From: Octopus vulgaris
Lineage: Eukaryota
Reading direction: 5' to 3'
Assembly (NCBI GenBank): GCA_951406725.2
Contig: OX597831.1
Span: 27,156,001-27,220,000, forward strand
Length of the DNA: 64,000 nucleotides
The translations under genes and the position numbers were made by a program. Of the stretch, positions 38,770-54,373 are shown piece by piece (the first letter of the stretch is position 1; each line of letters opens with the position of its first letter). The notes under the pieces were generated by a model, which was not told the DNA's origin, did not search any database, and saw only the letters and a list, made by a program, of their open reading frames with translations.

Positions 38770-38770
<1 letters not shown>
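37871..38770 (+). mobile_element. Non-autonomous Helitron-like element (5' boundary uncertain)
   Basis: 3' hairpin cccgg-gaatta-ccggg (38743-38758), then CTAG|T at 38767-38771; possible A|TC start at 37871; three internal subrepeats of about 58 nt. Confidence 0.65.
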
Positions 38771-38804
<34 letters not shown>

Positions 38805-38934
38805 TGAATAAATAAATAAATAAATGGAGTCGAACAAAGATGTTAATAAAATTCTTTTACTTTCGACATATGTTTCGAAGACAACATGGTTTTATTTCAA
38901 AGGAATAAACGGTGTAAAATGCAATCTTCTCATC

Positions 38935-38998
<64 letters not shown>

Positions 38999-39642
38999 AA
39001 TGCTTTTGGGCTATTTTGGGTATCTTCGATTCCGTCTCACGAACGTAACCTCCTACTACACCCCATCCTGCAACCTTTATTGACTCTCGGTTTGTTTCTG
39101 AATCTTGTCAATTAGGCTGGCTCTACGAGTCGGTCTATTGGCAGAGTCGTTACAGCGTCGGATAAACTGCTTTGTTCCCGCGCTCTGCAATCTGAGTTCC
39201 AATTCCGCAGAGGTCAAATTTGCCTTTCATCAGGTCGATAAGTAATTTAACATTCCCATCTCTCACTCTTTCCTTATTTCTATCTGTCTTTCTTACAGGC
39301 ATAATTAGCCATGGTCAGATTTGGAGAGAGATAAGCCACGCAAGTTCTAAAAATGCGCAAGAAACGCTGTATGTCGCCATGACACTTCTATGATTCTATC
39401 AAGGAAATGCGAGTTTAGGGAGAAGAGGACCTATAGCATGCCGTGAGATTTCACAGGGCCTAAAATTCTGCATAGGTATTGCTTACGTTCCTTTCTTAGA
39501 AATACGAATGAACAACGAGGTTATGTCTCTCCGGCCAGCAGGTCCAATGAATTGGCCATATTGCTAAGAGCAATAAAAGACGTGAAACCAGTGGTAACAT
39601 TTTTACCAGCGATAACCACCGACTACAATATATATATATATG

Positions 39643-40040
39643 CTTTTATTCTGTTACTTGTTTCAGTCATTTGACTGTGGGCATACTGGAGCACCAACTT
39701 TAGTCGAACAAATCGACCCCAGGACTTATTCTATCGGTCTCTTTTGCCGAACCGCTAGGTTACGGGGACATAAACATCAAGCGATGAGGGTGGGGGGGAC
39801 AACCACGGACACACAAACATATAACATAATGTATATATATATATATATACGACGGGCTTCTTTCAGTTTCTATCTACACATACACATACATACATATATA
39901 TACATATATATGTAAGTATGTGTTTCTGTCTACCAAATCCACTCACAAGGCTTTGGTCGGCCTGAGGCTATAGAAGAACACACTTGCCCAAGGTGCCACG
40001 CAGTGGGACTGAAACCGGAACCAAGCTTCTTATCTCACAC
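39643..40040 (-). mobile_element. SINE-A (with deletions)
   Basis: Consensus match. Confidence 0.8.
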
Positions 40041-40122
40041 AACGACAAGCTTCTTTTAATTCCCCTTCACCAAATTCACCCATAAGGCGTTTTTAGCCTC
40101 AGGTTATAATAGAAGATGTAAA

Positions 40123-40442
40123 GGCGCGTGGCTTAGTGGTTAGGGCATTCGACTCACGATCGTTGTAAGGTCTTGAGTTCAATTCCCGGCGACGCATTGT
40201 GTCCTTGAGCAAGACACTTATTTCACGTTGCTTCAGTCAACTCAGCTGGCAAAAATGAGTTGTATCTATATTTGAAAGGGCCAACCTTGTCACACTCTGT
40301 GTCACGCTGAATCTCCCCGAGAACTACGTTCAGGGTACACTTGTTTGTGGAGTACTCAGCCACTTGCATGTTAATTTCACGAGCAAGCTGCTCTGTTGTT
40401 TGTATCAATTGGGATGCTCGTCATCGTAACCGACGGAGTGCT
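40123..40442 (+). mobile_element. SINE-D (tail Z), full length
   Basis: A/B boxes tggcttagtgg / gagttcaattcc; TSD-like ttataa(t/a)agaagat on both flanks. Confidence 0.88.
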
Positions 40443-40489
40443 CCTTTATAAAAGAAGATACTTGCTGAAGGTGTCACACAATGGAACTA

Positions 40490-41055
40490 TAGGGTTGTCC
40501 GGAAAGTTCGTGCCGATTTTTAAAGGAAAGTAAAAGGTCAATAAACACTTGCCATTACATTTTTAATCAACCAAATATGAACCATTTTGTTCTACAATGC
40601 GTCTCCATCTTTCCTTTACCTTGAAAATAGCCTCTTCCCAGAATTGAGGTGGTTTCATGGCAAAGAATTCATCAAGGTATCTTTTTACGGCATCCAAGGA
40701 ATTGAAATTTTTACCATTAAGACTATTCTGCAGGGACCTGAATTAGTGGAAATCTGAAGAAGCAATATCTGTTGAATATGGAGGGTGGGGTAATACATCC
40801 CAGCCGAGCTGCAGCAATTTTTGTTAGGTTCCCAAAGCATCAAGGGCCGAAAATGAACTTTCTTATCTTCCATTTTAAAGGGTTACAGAATTAACACAGG
40901 TTATAGGAACATAAACCTTCTTCCACGAAAAGATAGCTTAAACTGTGCTTTATATGGAGGCGTAGTCAAATCCTGTTTTATGGACTCAACCATGTTCTAA
41001 AATAAGTCGAAAGGTAAGCTACTATAAATCGGTACGAACTTTCCGGACAACCCAA
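40490..41055 (-). mobile_element. Internally deleted non-autonomous mariner, copy 2
   Basis: Same TIRs as copy 1; MEDKKVHFR..MLWE is fused directly to LLQLGWDVLPHPPYSTDIASSDF...RSLQNSL. Confidence 0.92.
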
Positions 41056-41458
41056 TTTATTGGAAATCACGCGACCGCGCTGATGATAAGTTTAAATATT
41101 GGTTTTTGGTGTGTGCTTGTGGTGTTTATCTGCAGACTTGTTCCAGTACTTTCTGACAGGTGTGTAGCTTTTAGTTGGCTTATTTCTTGCCTTCCTAGAT
41201 TATATATAAACAGTGTGCACGTGTAAAGCAGTATTGATGCACATACTGCGCCTACACACATCCTTCTGAGAGCGTATGCACACACGTGAATACACAGGCA
41301 GAGACATTTACACATTCATGGATACGTCCATGGATAGATAGGCAGACAGACAGACACACAGACAGACTGACAAACAGCCAAGCAGACAGACAGATTGATA
41401 GACAAATAGATCGATAAATCGATCGATAGATAGGTAGATGGATAGACAAGGAGTATAT

Positions 41459-41572
<114 letters not shown>

Positions 41573-41605
41573 TATGGTATATATATATATATGTATATAT
41601 ATATG

Positions 41606-41685
<80 letters not shown>

Positions 41686-41731
41686 AGAGAGAGAGAGAGA
41701 GAGATTGATAGATAGATAGACAGACAGACAT

Positions 41732-41800
<69 letters not shown>

Positions 41801-42540
41801 AACACACCACACTACACCATAGTATTCATACACACACAAGCATACACACTACACAACAACAACACACACAGCACTCCACACATACACACAACTTCACCTA
41901 CAGATTATCACATACGGGCACACACACACATATACATACATACACACATTTCTATAAATATACACATCAACACGTTTCTATAAACATACACACACACAAA
42001 TACACATTTTTCTATAAATAAGCACTTTACAGATACACACACACAAATACACATTTTTCTATAAATAAGCACTTTACACACACACACGTTCCATAACAAT
42101 GTACTTTTACATACACACACAACTCCGTCTCTCTCCCCTCCTCACAACTCTCCCCCGTTGCAGAACACGTTTGGCGAATGAAATTACCCAGCATGCCTAG
42201 CGCTTCATTCACATGTTTTTCCGCCCCGTCACGTGTATGAATCGCCAGTTCGCGTGGTGAATGCCACACCACGACTACGATGGCCAGTTCCAAACGTAGA
42301 GTGTTTCGCCATCACCACCAACAATAACAACAACACGATGCACCATCATAACCACCACCAAACCAGCAACAAGCCATTCATAAATAGCACCGATTCTTAA
42401 CACCACCATCGCCATCATTAACACTACTACTACTACCACTATTCTATTCTAGATTTATCTATCTATCTAGATAGATAGAGAGAGAGAGAGAGATGTATAT
42501 ATATATATATATATATATACAAATATACATGCATATATAT

Positions 42541-42585
<45 letters not shown>

Positions 42586-42622
42586 TCTCTCTCTCTCTCT
42601 CTCTATCTAGATAGATAGATAG

Positions 42623-42668
<46 letters not shown>

Positions 42669-42747
42669 CTCTCTCTCTCTCTCTATCTGTCCAACTACCT
42701 GCCTCTCTGTTTCTTTATCTGTCTTTCTGTCAGGCTATCTCTGTTTA

Positions 42748-42873
<126 letters not shown>

Positions 42874-42948
42874 CACGTGATCACGTGACCGACCAGACCA
42901 TCAGATGTTGCTACACATCGCTGGTCACATTATTATTATTATTATTAT

Positions 42949-43017
<69 letters not shown>

Positions 43018-43082
43018 TGATTGATAAACAGAGATAGCCAGACAGATAGGCAGATAGACAGATAGATAAATAGATAGACATG

Positions 43083-43120
<38 letters not shown>

Positions 43121-43142
43121 CCTATATATATACATATATACA

Positions 43143-43182
<40 letters not shown>

Positions 43183-43300
43183 TTTATATATAGAGAGAGA
43201 GATAAACAGAGATAGCCAGACAGAAAGACGGATAGATAGAGAGACAGACAGACATGCAGATAGACAGATAGATAATTATATAGACATATGTGTGTATATA

Positions 43301-43374
<74 letters not shown>

Positions 43375-43519
43375 CCTGCTCGCTTAGCCAGCGGGGTGGC
43401 GTCATTCGAAGGCTAAAAAAATGCGAACGCATTGTGACCAGCGATGTGTAGCAACATCTGATGGTCTGGTCGGTCACGTGATCACGTGATACATACATAC
43501 ATACATACCTATCTATCTA

Positions 43520-43564
<45 letters not shown>

Positions 43565-43570
43565 TCTCTC

Positions 43571-43601
<31 letters not shown>

Positions 43602-43606
43602 AAATG

Positions 43607-43638
<32 letters not shown>

Positions 43639-43721
43639 GGTATGTATATATAAATACATGTCTATCTATTTATCTATCTGTCTATCTGCCTATCTGTCTG
43701 GCTATCTCTGTTTATCAATCA

Positions 43722-43754
<33 letters not shown>

Positions 43755-43792
43755 TGTATGTATGTATGTATCTATCTATCTATCTATCTATC

Positions 43793-43837
<45 letters not shown>

Positions 43838-43990
43838 CAACAATAATAATAGTGAAATTATTATGTAAAGTTCTCAGGTCCACTACAACTCATCAAAAGT
43901 GCATGTAGTATACAAAACTCATCTTATGTACAAAACTCATCTACCTAAACATCCATCCATCTCTCTGTCTATCTGTTCCTCTCTCACTCT

Positions 43991-44050
<60 letters not shown>

Positions 44051-44147
44051 TACTATTCCTTTGTACACGAACATGTTTGCATTTTCATTATTTTCCATTT
44101 TTCATCTGTAACAAGTTACTGAAAGACCGAGTTCTCTTTGTTGAACC

Positions 44148-44212
<65 letters not shown>

Positions 44213-44489
44213 TGTGTGTGTGCATGTGTGTGTGTGCATGTGTGTATGTGTGTGTGCGTGTGCGTGCGTGTGTGTGTGTGTGTGTATGATACATATGTGC
44301 GTAAACTTATATGTATATATAAATTTATATGTATATCTATCTATCTATCTATCTATCTATGTATCTATCTATCTATCTATCTATCTATGTATCTGTCAAT
44401 CTATCTGTCTGTCTGTGTGTGCGTGTCTGTCTGTCTTTCTGTCTGTCTATCAATTTATACACACATGCATACACTAAGACACATGTACA

Positions 44490-44532
<43 letters not shown>

Positions 44533-44735
44533 GCACACACACACTCACACACACACACACACTTACAGAGAGAGAAAGAGAGAGAGGGGGAGAGAGAGAG
44601 GGGGGAGAGAGAGACAAACTAAGGTGACTAAGGGTACTAGTTAGCACCTGCTTGGCTAGAAATAAGAGTCAAAACAACTCTTAACCACCATAATTATGAG
44701 TGGATTTGGTGGACAGAAACTGAATAAAGCTAGTC

Positions 44736-44809
<74 letters not shown>

Positions 44810-44813
44810 AGTA

Positions 44814-45150
44814 GCAGGAGTGGCTGTGTGGTAAGTAGCTTGCTTACGAACCACATGGTTTCGGGCTCAGTCCCACTGCGTGGCACCTTCGGCAAGTGTC
44901 TTCTACTATAGCCTCGATCAAAGCCTTGTGTGTGGATTTGGTTGACGAAAGAAGCCCGTCGTATATATGTATACATATATGTATGTGTGTATATGTGTGC
45001 CTGTGTTTGTCCCCTCAACCGATGCTGGTGTGTTTACGTAACTTAGTGCCCGTAACTTAGTGGTTCGGCCAAAGAGACCGATAGAATAAGTACTAGGCTT
45101 ACAAAAAATAAGTCCTGGGGCCGATATGCTGGAAACAAGTAAAAGAGAAA
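44814..45150 (+). mobile_element. SINE-A
   Basis: Consensus match. Confidence 0.85.
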
Positions 45151-45911
45151 GAAAGAGAAAGATATATATGTTTGTGTGTGTGTGTGTGTGCGTGTGTGTG
45201 TGTGTGTGTGTGCGTGTGCATGTGTCTCTTTGTGTTTGTATTTGTCCCTCATCAACGCTTGACAACCGGTATTGGCTTGCTTACATCCCTGCAAAGTGAC
45301 AGATAGAGTAGGTTCCAGGCTTGGGAAAAAAGAAATATCTAGAAACGTCAGTACAGATATCGATTTGTTCCACTGAATCCTTCAACGCAGTGCCGAAGAA
45401 TGGCCGCAGTGTAATGACTGACACAAGTCATATGCGTGTGCGTGTATGGATGTACGCATGTTTGTACGTACGTATGTATGTATGTATGTATGTATGTATG
45501 TATGTATGTTATTCAATTTTATTTCAACACTTCTTGCCAATAGAAAAAGAGTCAGTTTCTAACCTTAGAGCCAAGGCTCTTTCACTGTATGTATGTATGT
45601 ATGTATGTATTATGTATGTATGTATGTATGTATGTATGTATGTATGTATGTATATGTGTGTGTAGGGCGATTCGATTTACATATAAATTGCACGAGTTAT
45701 AAATAGCATTTAGAACTTAATGCGCTTGGTTATGTATTTATGAAACAGTAAAGTACTAAAAGCACTCTTATTACATACATGACATACATACATAGCCTAG
45801 ATACATGCATGCATACATAGCATAGATACATGCATGCATGCATACATTCACACATATATACATACATACATGCATGTATACATAGATGCACACATACGTA
45901 GGATTATGTAA

Positions 45912-46143
45912 GGCGGCGAGCTGGCAGAAGCGTTAGCACGCCGGGCTAAATGCTCAGAGGTATTTCGTCTGCCGCTACGTTCTGAGTTCAAATTCAGCTG
46001 AGGTCGACTTTGCCTTTCATCCTTTCGGGGTCGATAAATTAAGTACCAGTTACGCACTGGGGTCGATGTAAACGACTTAACCTCTTTGTCTGTCCTTATT
46101 TGTCCCCTCTATGTTTAGCTCCTTTTGGGCAATAAAGAAATAA
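45912..46143 (+). mobile_element. SINE-B, full length with TSD
   Basis: 16-bp TSD atacgtaggat(t/c)atgt at 45894-45909 and 46145-46160. Confidence 0.92.
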
Positions 46144-47214
46144 GATACGTAGGATCATGTCTAGATATGCGACGATTTGCATGGGAAGACATACATAAAA
46201 CAAAACATACAAATTTGTACGTATGCATACATACATACATACATACATACATACATACATACATACAAAAATACCCCGTTGTTGATGTTGAAATTCCAGT
46301 GAAAGAGCCTTGGATCTAGGTTAGAAACTGGCTCTTTCTATTGGCAAGAAGTGTTGAAATAAAATTGAATAATATACATACATACATACAATATTTTCAG
46401 GCTATAAATATTTAGCTAAAAACACTTTGGGTTCAAAAACTCGACGGTTGCATGTGGGACAACAAACCATACAACATATAAACATGACAGGCTTTCTACC
46501 ATTGAATCAAAGCAATCTTTCGAATCTCTCAGCCTTCAACTTTTTGTATCCAACTGATTTTTAATCGAATATTTACTGGCTATTGCCGAACTGGCAGAAT
46601 CGTTAGCACGCCGAGCAAAATTCTTAGCGTCTTCATTTGCCAAAATATATTGCTAGCAAAAATGTGTGTATCAAAATGGATGTCTTATAAAACTATTCTG
46701 TACATACAATAACAGCCGTACCAACAATCCAACACACCATCATCAGCTGCCCTATGGAAATCACTATGGTTTCGGCACCTGGGCAGTACCATTCAATCTG
46801 GCGGTGTCAAATAAGTGTTGTTTGGGAACAAACATACCTTAGATATCACCACATTCATTCGATCTTAATTCTAGGAAGGAACAGACACTAACATTATTAA
46901 TTAAACTACATCAAAGAAATCACATTTACCCTATGTACAAAAATAGTGTCAGTAAATTAATAATTCTATAAGTAAACCTATAACTAACTCCTAAATTATC
47001 TAACTAATTAGTAACTTGCCCTTGAAGTCCATACAGATAATATTCCCACCAGTCTTCCATAGTTATTAATATAAAAGTGAAAGCTTTTATATTCTATTCC
47101 TTCCAAAGCAAAACAAACTCGATTGAACTTAACTAATAATATAATTCTAAGTGAATCACACTATTTCACACACACACACACACACGCGCGCGCACGCACA
47201 CACGCATATATATG

Positions 47215-48932
<1,718 letters not shown>

Positions 48933-48987
48933 TACGTGTGTATATTTTGTGCATAGTTAAGAACACCTGTTAAAACAAAGGATTAAA

Positions 48988-49513
48988 GACCCCCTTCGGT
49001 CATGAGTGACCATGGGATTACACCTGGAAAGTTTCCCTCCGAGGCACAAGTCCGAACAAGGTTGTTTATGGAAGACCAGCAGTCGCCCATGCATACCAGT
49101 ATTCCCTCCCCACGCCACCGATGTTATCCAAGGAACAGGCAGAGGCTGATAGAACTTGGCACCAGTGACGCCACAACTCATTTCTGCAGCTGAGTGAGCT
49201 GAAACAACGTGAAATAAAGTGTCTTGCTCAAGAACACAGCACAGAGCTCGGTCCAGGAATCGAACTCACTACTCCATGATTGTAAGCTCGACGTTCTAAC
49301 CACTGAAACATGCACTTTTGTATGCCAAAATGAGTTGTACTTATGAATGAATTGGTCCAGCCTTGTCCACATTCTGTCTCACGCTGAATTTCACTGAGAA
49401 TTACGTCAAGTGTACGCGTGTCTGTGGTGTACTCAGCCACTTGCACGTTAATTTTACGAGCAGGCTGTTCTGTCGATCGGATCGACAGGAACACTCCTCG
49501 AAACCGACGGAGT
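48988..49513. mobile_element. SINE-D with tail Y (-, 48988-49316) abutting a tail-Z fragment (+, 49325-49513)
   Basis: Homology to 32255 and 40123. Confidence 0.75.
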
Positions 49514-50433
49514 ACCAGTTATATAGGTGGCATAGTAATCAATTTACAGAGCGTTGAAGAAAAGAGCCAACAACATCCCAGTTACGACCCTCACGTTTCT
49601 GCGAACAAATCTGACCACTGTCACCTTTGTCTGTCGTCACCTTTGTCTGTCTATGAAATAAGTACAATTTAAAATATTGGGTAAATTTATTTGATCTGCC
49701 TATTTTATATCTTATCACCGGTTGGTATATATAAAATTAGGTAGAGGAGGTTTAATCAAAGTGTTCACACGATGTGCTTCGTGAGACTACCAAAACGCTC
49801 TCCTTTACTACGACTACCGACCACTACTCTTTATAAGAGTTTGGCTAATCCATTCTTCCAATCCGCCAGATGTGTCAATGACTCTCGTCACAACAGCCTT
49901 GCGGTTGTGTAGAACTGTAAGAAATCATTTTAATTGCCAATTACCACTAACGAAATTAAAATATTCATGTTTATTGTGTTGGAAGATAAAAGAAAACACG
50001 CACATTCACAAAAATGACCGAAAATATTTCGTGTTTTGAAACGGTGGATATCGTAGCAGATAAAGCCATAGATATGGACTTTATGGAAATATGGTAACAC
50101 CATATACATAATCTCGCATCATAGGGAAAGGACTCTTCAGGAGAAGCAAAAAGAACTAACAAAAGATAAGCTAAAACCCTAAAGCGGTTCTCACTCTTTA
50201 AGGAGACTTTTCCCCCTCTCTGTCATCTTATAATAGTCACACACATAGACACACACACACACTCTCTCTCTCTCTCTTTCACTCTCTCTCTCTCTCTCTT
50301 TCGCTCTCTCTCTCTCTATCTCGTTCTCTCTCTCGTACTTCGTTAGCAACAACAGCTGTGGTCGCCAGTCAAATAACCACAATTAGCCTGTAAATATTAG
50401 GTTAAAAACCCCTTTTGGATAGAAAAAGTCAAT

Positions 50434-50505
50434 TGTTGCCTGGAGGACTCGAACCCGCATCTCCTGTAAGCGTGACAGATGTTCTACCGTTGGACCAAAG
50501 CAACC
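50434..50505 (-). pseudogene. tRNA-like sequence (tRNA pseudogene or solitary SINE head)
   Basis: Reverse complement ggttgctttggtccaacggtagaacatctgtcacgcttacaggagatgcgggttcgagtcctccaggcaaca folds into an imperfect cloverleaf with GGTTCGAGTCC; mismatched stems and no U33. Confidence 0.5.
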
Positions 50506-50821
50506 CTTCGAATTTCTCAATCCGCCTGAGAAGCTTTATTCTTATCAGTGAATTTCGTATGTTGTTGAGGTCATAAGAATCTAGAAACTTCGAAAGGCGT
50601 GAAATAATGCTCTTGGGGAGAAACAGTAGATCTTGAAGCAGATAAGGCTATGAATAATAGCGTGTAAAATATTGGACAGAATTAGTTGAATGCTGTCAGT
50701 GGGATTCTTACGAATTGAAAATATATTGCATATAAAAAATAATTTTTTCTTATCGTTTTAAAATAATCATTTGTTTAAAAATTGATCAAGTTTAAATTTC
50801 GAGGTATTTCTACAGACATAT

Positions 50822-51035
50822 ACTTATTTCTTTATTACCCACAAGGGGCTAAACATAGAGGGGACAAACATAGGTATTAAGTCGATTACATCGATCCCAG
50901 TGCGTAACTGGTACTTAATTTATCGACCCCGAAAGGATGAAAGGCAAAGTCGACCTCGGCGGAATTTGAACTCACAACGTTACGGCAGCCGAAATACCGC
51001 TAAGCATTTCGCCCGGCGTGCTAACGATTCTGCCA
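50822..51035 (-). mobile_element. SINE-B
   Basis: Consensus match. Confidence 0.88.
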
Positions 51036-51526
51036 AACATCTACCACCTCAAGACAACGTAAAAATTAATTGAAAATATATTTCTTTTTTTAAAAAATTG
51101 ATCTGATCCTAAAAACATATTAATCGATATTAAATTAATCGATGTTTTTCTACGAATATTTTTCGACTAATATTTCTTTCGGTGATTTTGATGCTTATTT
51201 ATGCATTTTAGATCAACTTGTCTTTCGACCTGTTTGTCTTTCGACCAATTTGACTTCTTACCACCCACCCAAGTCACTGAGTGAACAAACGGAAGAGAGT
51301 AGTGCTGAAGGCATTCGATTGGAGTTACGTGTTTTTAAAAACAGTTTGACGTAGCTACGCATTATTTAACGTTTCGAAGCCGTCGGAGACTTTGACCCCG
51401 ATGAGATGCACGTGTCACACGTAACTTTAAGTAATACATAGCTGAGTCAAGCTTTTAATAAATATATATACATACACAAAAACACACGCGCGCGCACGTG
51501 TATACATACATACATACATACATACA

Positions 51527-51586
<60 letters not shown>

Positions 51587-51977
51587 TATATGTATATATG
51601 TGTGTGTATACATATACATATGTTCATTTATATATAGATATATATATGTATGTGTGTATGTATGTATGGTGCAAAATTGTACAAAAAGAAAGCAGAAAAG
51701 TGAAAACAGAAAAAGGTAAGAGAAAAATAAACAAGGTATATTTAGTTGGACGCTTAGGGCAAACAGAAGAGTTTTTGACGTTTCGAGCCTACGCTCTTTT
51801 ACAGAGAGGAAAGAGGAAAGAGAACACATGAAGAGAGAGAGGGAGGGAGGGAAAAACGGAAGAAGAATAAACGTGTCCGGATTAACAGTTTCACAGACAC
51901 ACACACACACACACACACCACCGCACCACACACAAATGTATATGTTATATACACACATGTATGTATGTGTATTTTTT

Positions 51978-52008
<31 letters not shown>

Positions 52009-52067
52009 AATACATGCATACGTACATACATACAAATATATAGATAGATATATAGATAGATAGATAA

Positions 52068-52126
<59 letters not shown>

Positions 52127-52760
52127 CCTATATACATACCTACAGAGAGAGAGAGAGAGAGAGACAGGGAGACAGACAGACAGATGTACACTGACGATGT
52201 TCATTTCTGTCGCCACGTGACTTATGCTCACTTGTCGTCTGCCAACCTCTTGTAACATCCCGCGCTTTAACTAAATCTGTTATAATGCGCTGACTTCAAA
52301 TCTTCCACATTTGATTATGAAATATTAATGGAACCTACTCATGTTTCTCCAGTTGCTCATCTCTCTTTCCTCAGTATCTACTCATATATCCCTTTATTTT
52401 TCCCTTATCTTTTCTTTCACTTCAATTATTCTGTTATCACTCTTTCTACATTTCTTTCTCTCAATTTCGTTTCGTCTATCTAATACTCCCACCTCCCTCC
52501 TTTTCTATTTCTCTTTGCCTCTCTCTATCTTCCACACTCTCTGTCTCTGTCTCTGTCTCTGTCTCTGTCTCTCTCTCTTTCTCTCTATCTCTATCTTCCC
52601 CTCATTTGCCTTATATTTCGTTTCTTCTCCCTCTATTTCATACTTCTCTACCATAACCACACGATCTCTCCGTAATATTATACCACATTTACATAATTCT
52701 CATTTTATTTGTTTGTCTGTCCGTTCGTCAGTCTGTCTATCCATCCATCCATTTCCCATC

Positions 52761-52799
<39 letters not shown>

Positions 52800-53056
52800 A
52801 CATCCAGCTCGCTATATCTAGTTGTTTGCCTACCTATCGCCACATACCTTTATAACTTCTTCTATATCTAATGAATGTCTTTTAGTCGGGCAGAATGGCA
52901 ATAACCATGACCCCTACAGGGACTCAAGAGTTGTGTGGTAAAGGGAGGTATGAAGGGAAGTAATCCTCGAAACAGAGACCTGGTCGAAAAGCTAACGACA
53001 GTGTGGACTACACTAAAAGTACACGAGGCGTCAAGTGGTTGCGCTAACCTCCAGAC

Positions 53057-53396
53057 CAGTGGCTCTCAACCGGAGTCCATATGGCCCTTGGGGTACACAT
53101 AAGATTTATGTACAATAAATTGGTTACACCTGTACAATACCCAAAATATTTCAACAATCTTTATTATGCATTTACTCTTTTACTTGTTTCAGTCATTTGA
53201 CTGTGGCCATGCTGGAGCACCGCCTTTAGTCGAGCAAATCGACCCCAGGGACTTATATTCTTTCTAAGCCTAGTACTTATTCTATCGGTCTCTTTTGCCG
53301 AACCGCTAAGTTACGGGGACGTAAACACACCAGCATCGGTTGCCAAGCGATGTTGGGGGGACAAACACAGACACACACACATATACACACACATAC

Positions 53397-53439
<43 letters not shown>

Positions 53440-54373
53440 TACATATATATATACATATATGCGACGGGATTCTTCCAGTTTCCGTCTACCAAATCCACTC
53501 ACAAGGCTTTGGTCGGCCCGAGGCTACAGTAGAAGACACTTGTCCAAGGTGCCATGCAGTGAGACTGAACCCGGGATCATGTGGTAGGTAAGCAAGCTAC
53601 TTACCACACAGCCACTCCTACGCCTAGTAATATTTAATTATAAAAGGTCTGAGTCGTTAGGGCAAAATGCTTAGCGATATTTCATCCCTCCTTACATTCT
53701 GAATTCAAATTCCGCCGAGGATGACTTTGTTTTTCATCCCGTAGGAGTCGATAAAATAAGTATTTGTTGAGAACTTGGGCGCAGGAGTGGCTGTGTGGTA
53801 AGTAGCTTGCTAACCAACCACATGGTTCCGGGTTCAGTCCCACTGCGTGGCAACTTGGGCAAGTGTCTTCTGCTATAGCCCCGGGCCGACCAATGCCTTG
53901 TGAGTGGATTTGGTAGACATAAACTGAAAGAAGCTTGTCGTATATATGTATATATATATATATATGTATGTGTGTGTATATGTTTGTGTGTCTGTCCCCC
54001 TTGCATTGCTTGACAACCGATGCTGGTGTGTTTACGTCCCCGTCACTTAGCGGTTCGGCAAAAGAGACCGATAGAATAAGTACTGGGCCTACAAAGAATA
54101 AGTCCTGGGGTCGATTTGCTCGACTAAAGGCGGTGCTCCAGCATGGCCGCAGTCAAATGACTGAAACAAGTAAAAGAGTAAAGAGTAAAGAGAGATCTAA
54201 TCGACTTAATCCTCTCTTCACGAACTTGCTGGCATCGTGACAAAATTTGAAAGTAATATGTGTTCATAAATATATAATGGGACTTTTTTTAAATATCGAA
54301 TGTGTAGAGGGTCCAGTAGAGTAAAATAGCAATGAAAGGGGTCCTTAGGAAAAAAACTGGTTGAGAACCACTG
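53057..54373. mobile_element. hAT (Charlie-like) MITE with nested SINE-A (53172-53624 -), a SINE-B fragment and SINE-A (53778-54190 +)
   Basis: TIRs cagtggctctcaacc / ggttgagaaccactg; 8-bp TSD ctccagac/ctctagac. Confidence 0.88.

Noticed and set aside
50434-50505. Functional tRNA gene
   Set aside because: Mismatched acceptor and T stems and a non-canonical anticodon loop; kept only as a pseudogene or SINE head
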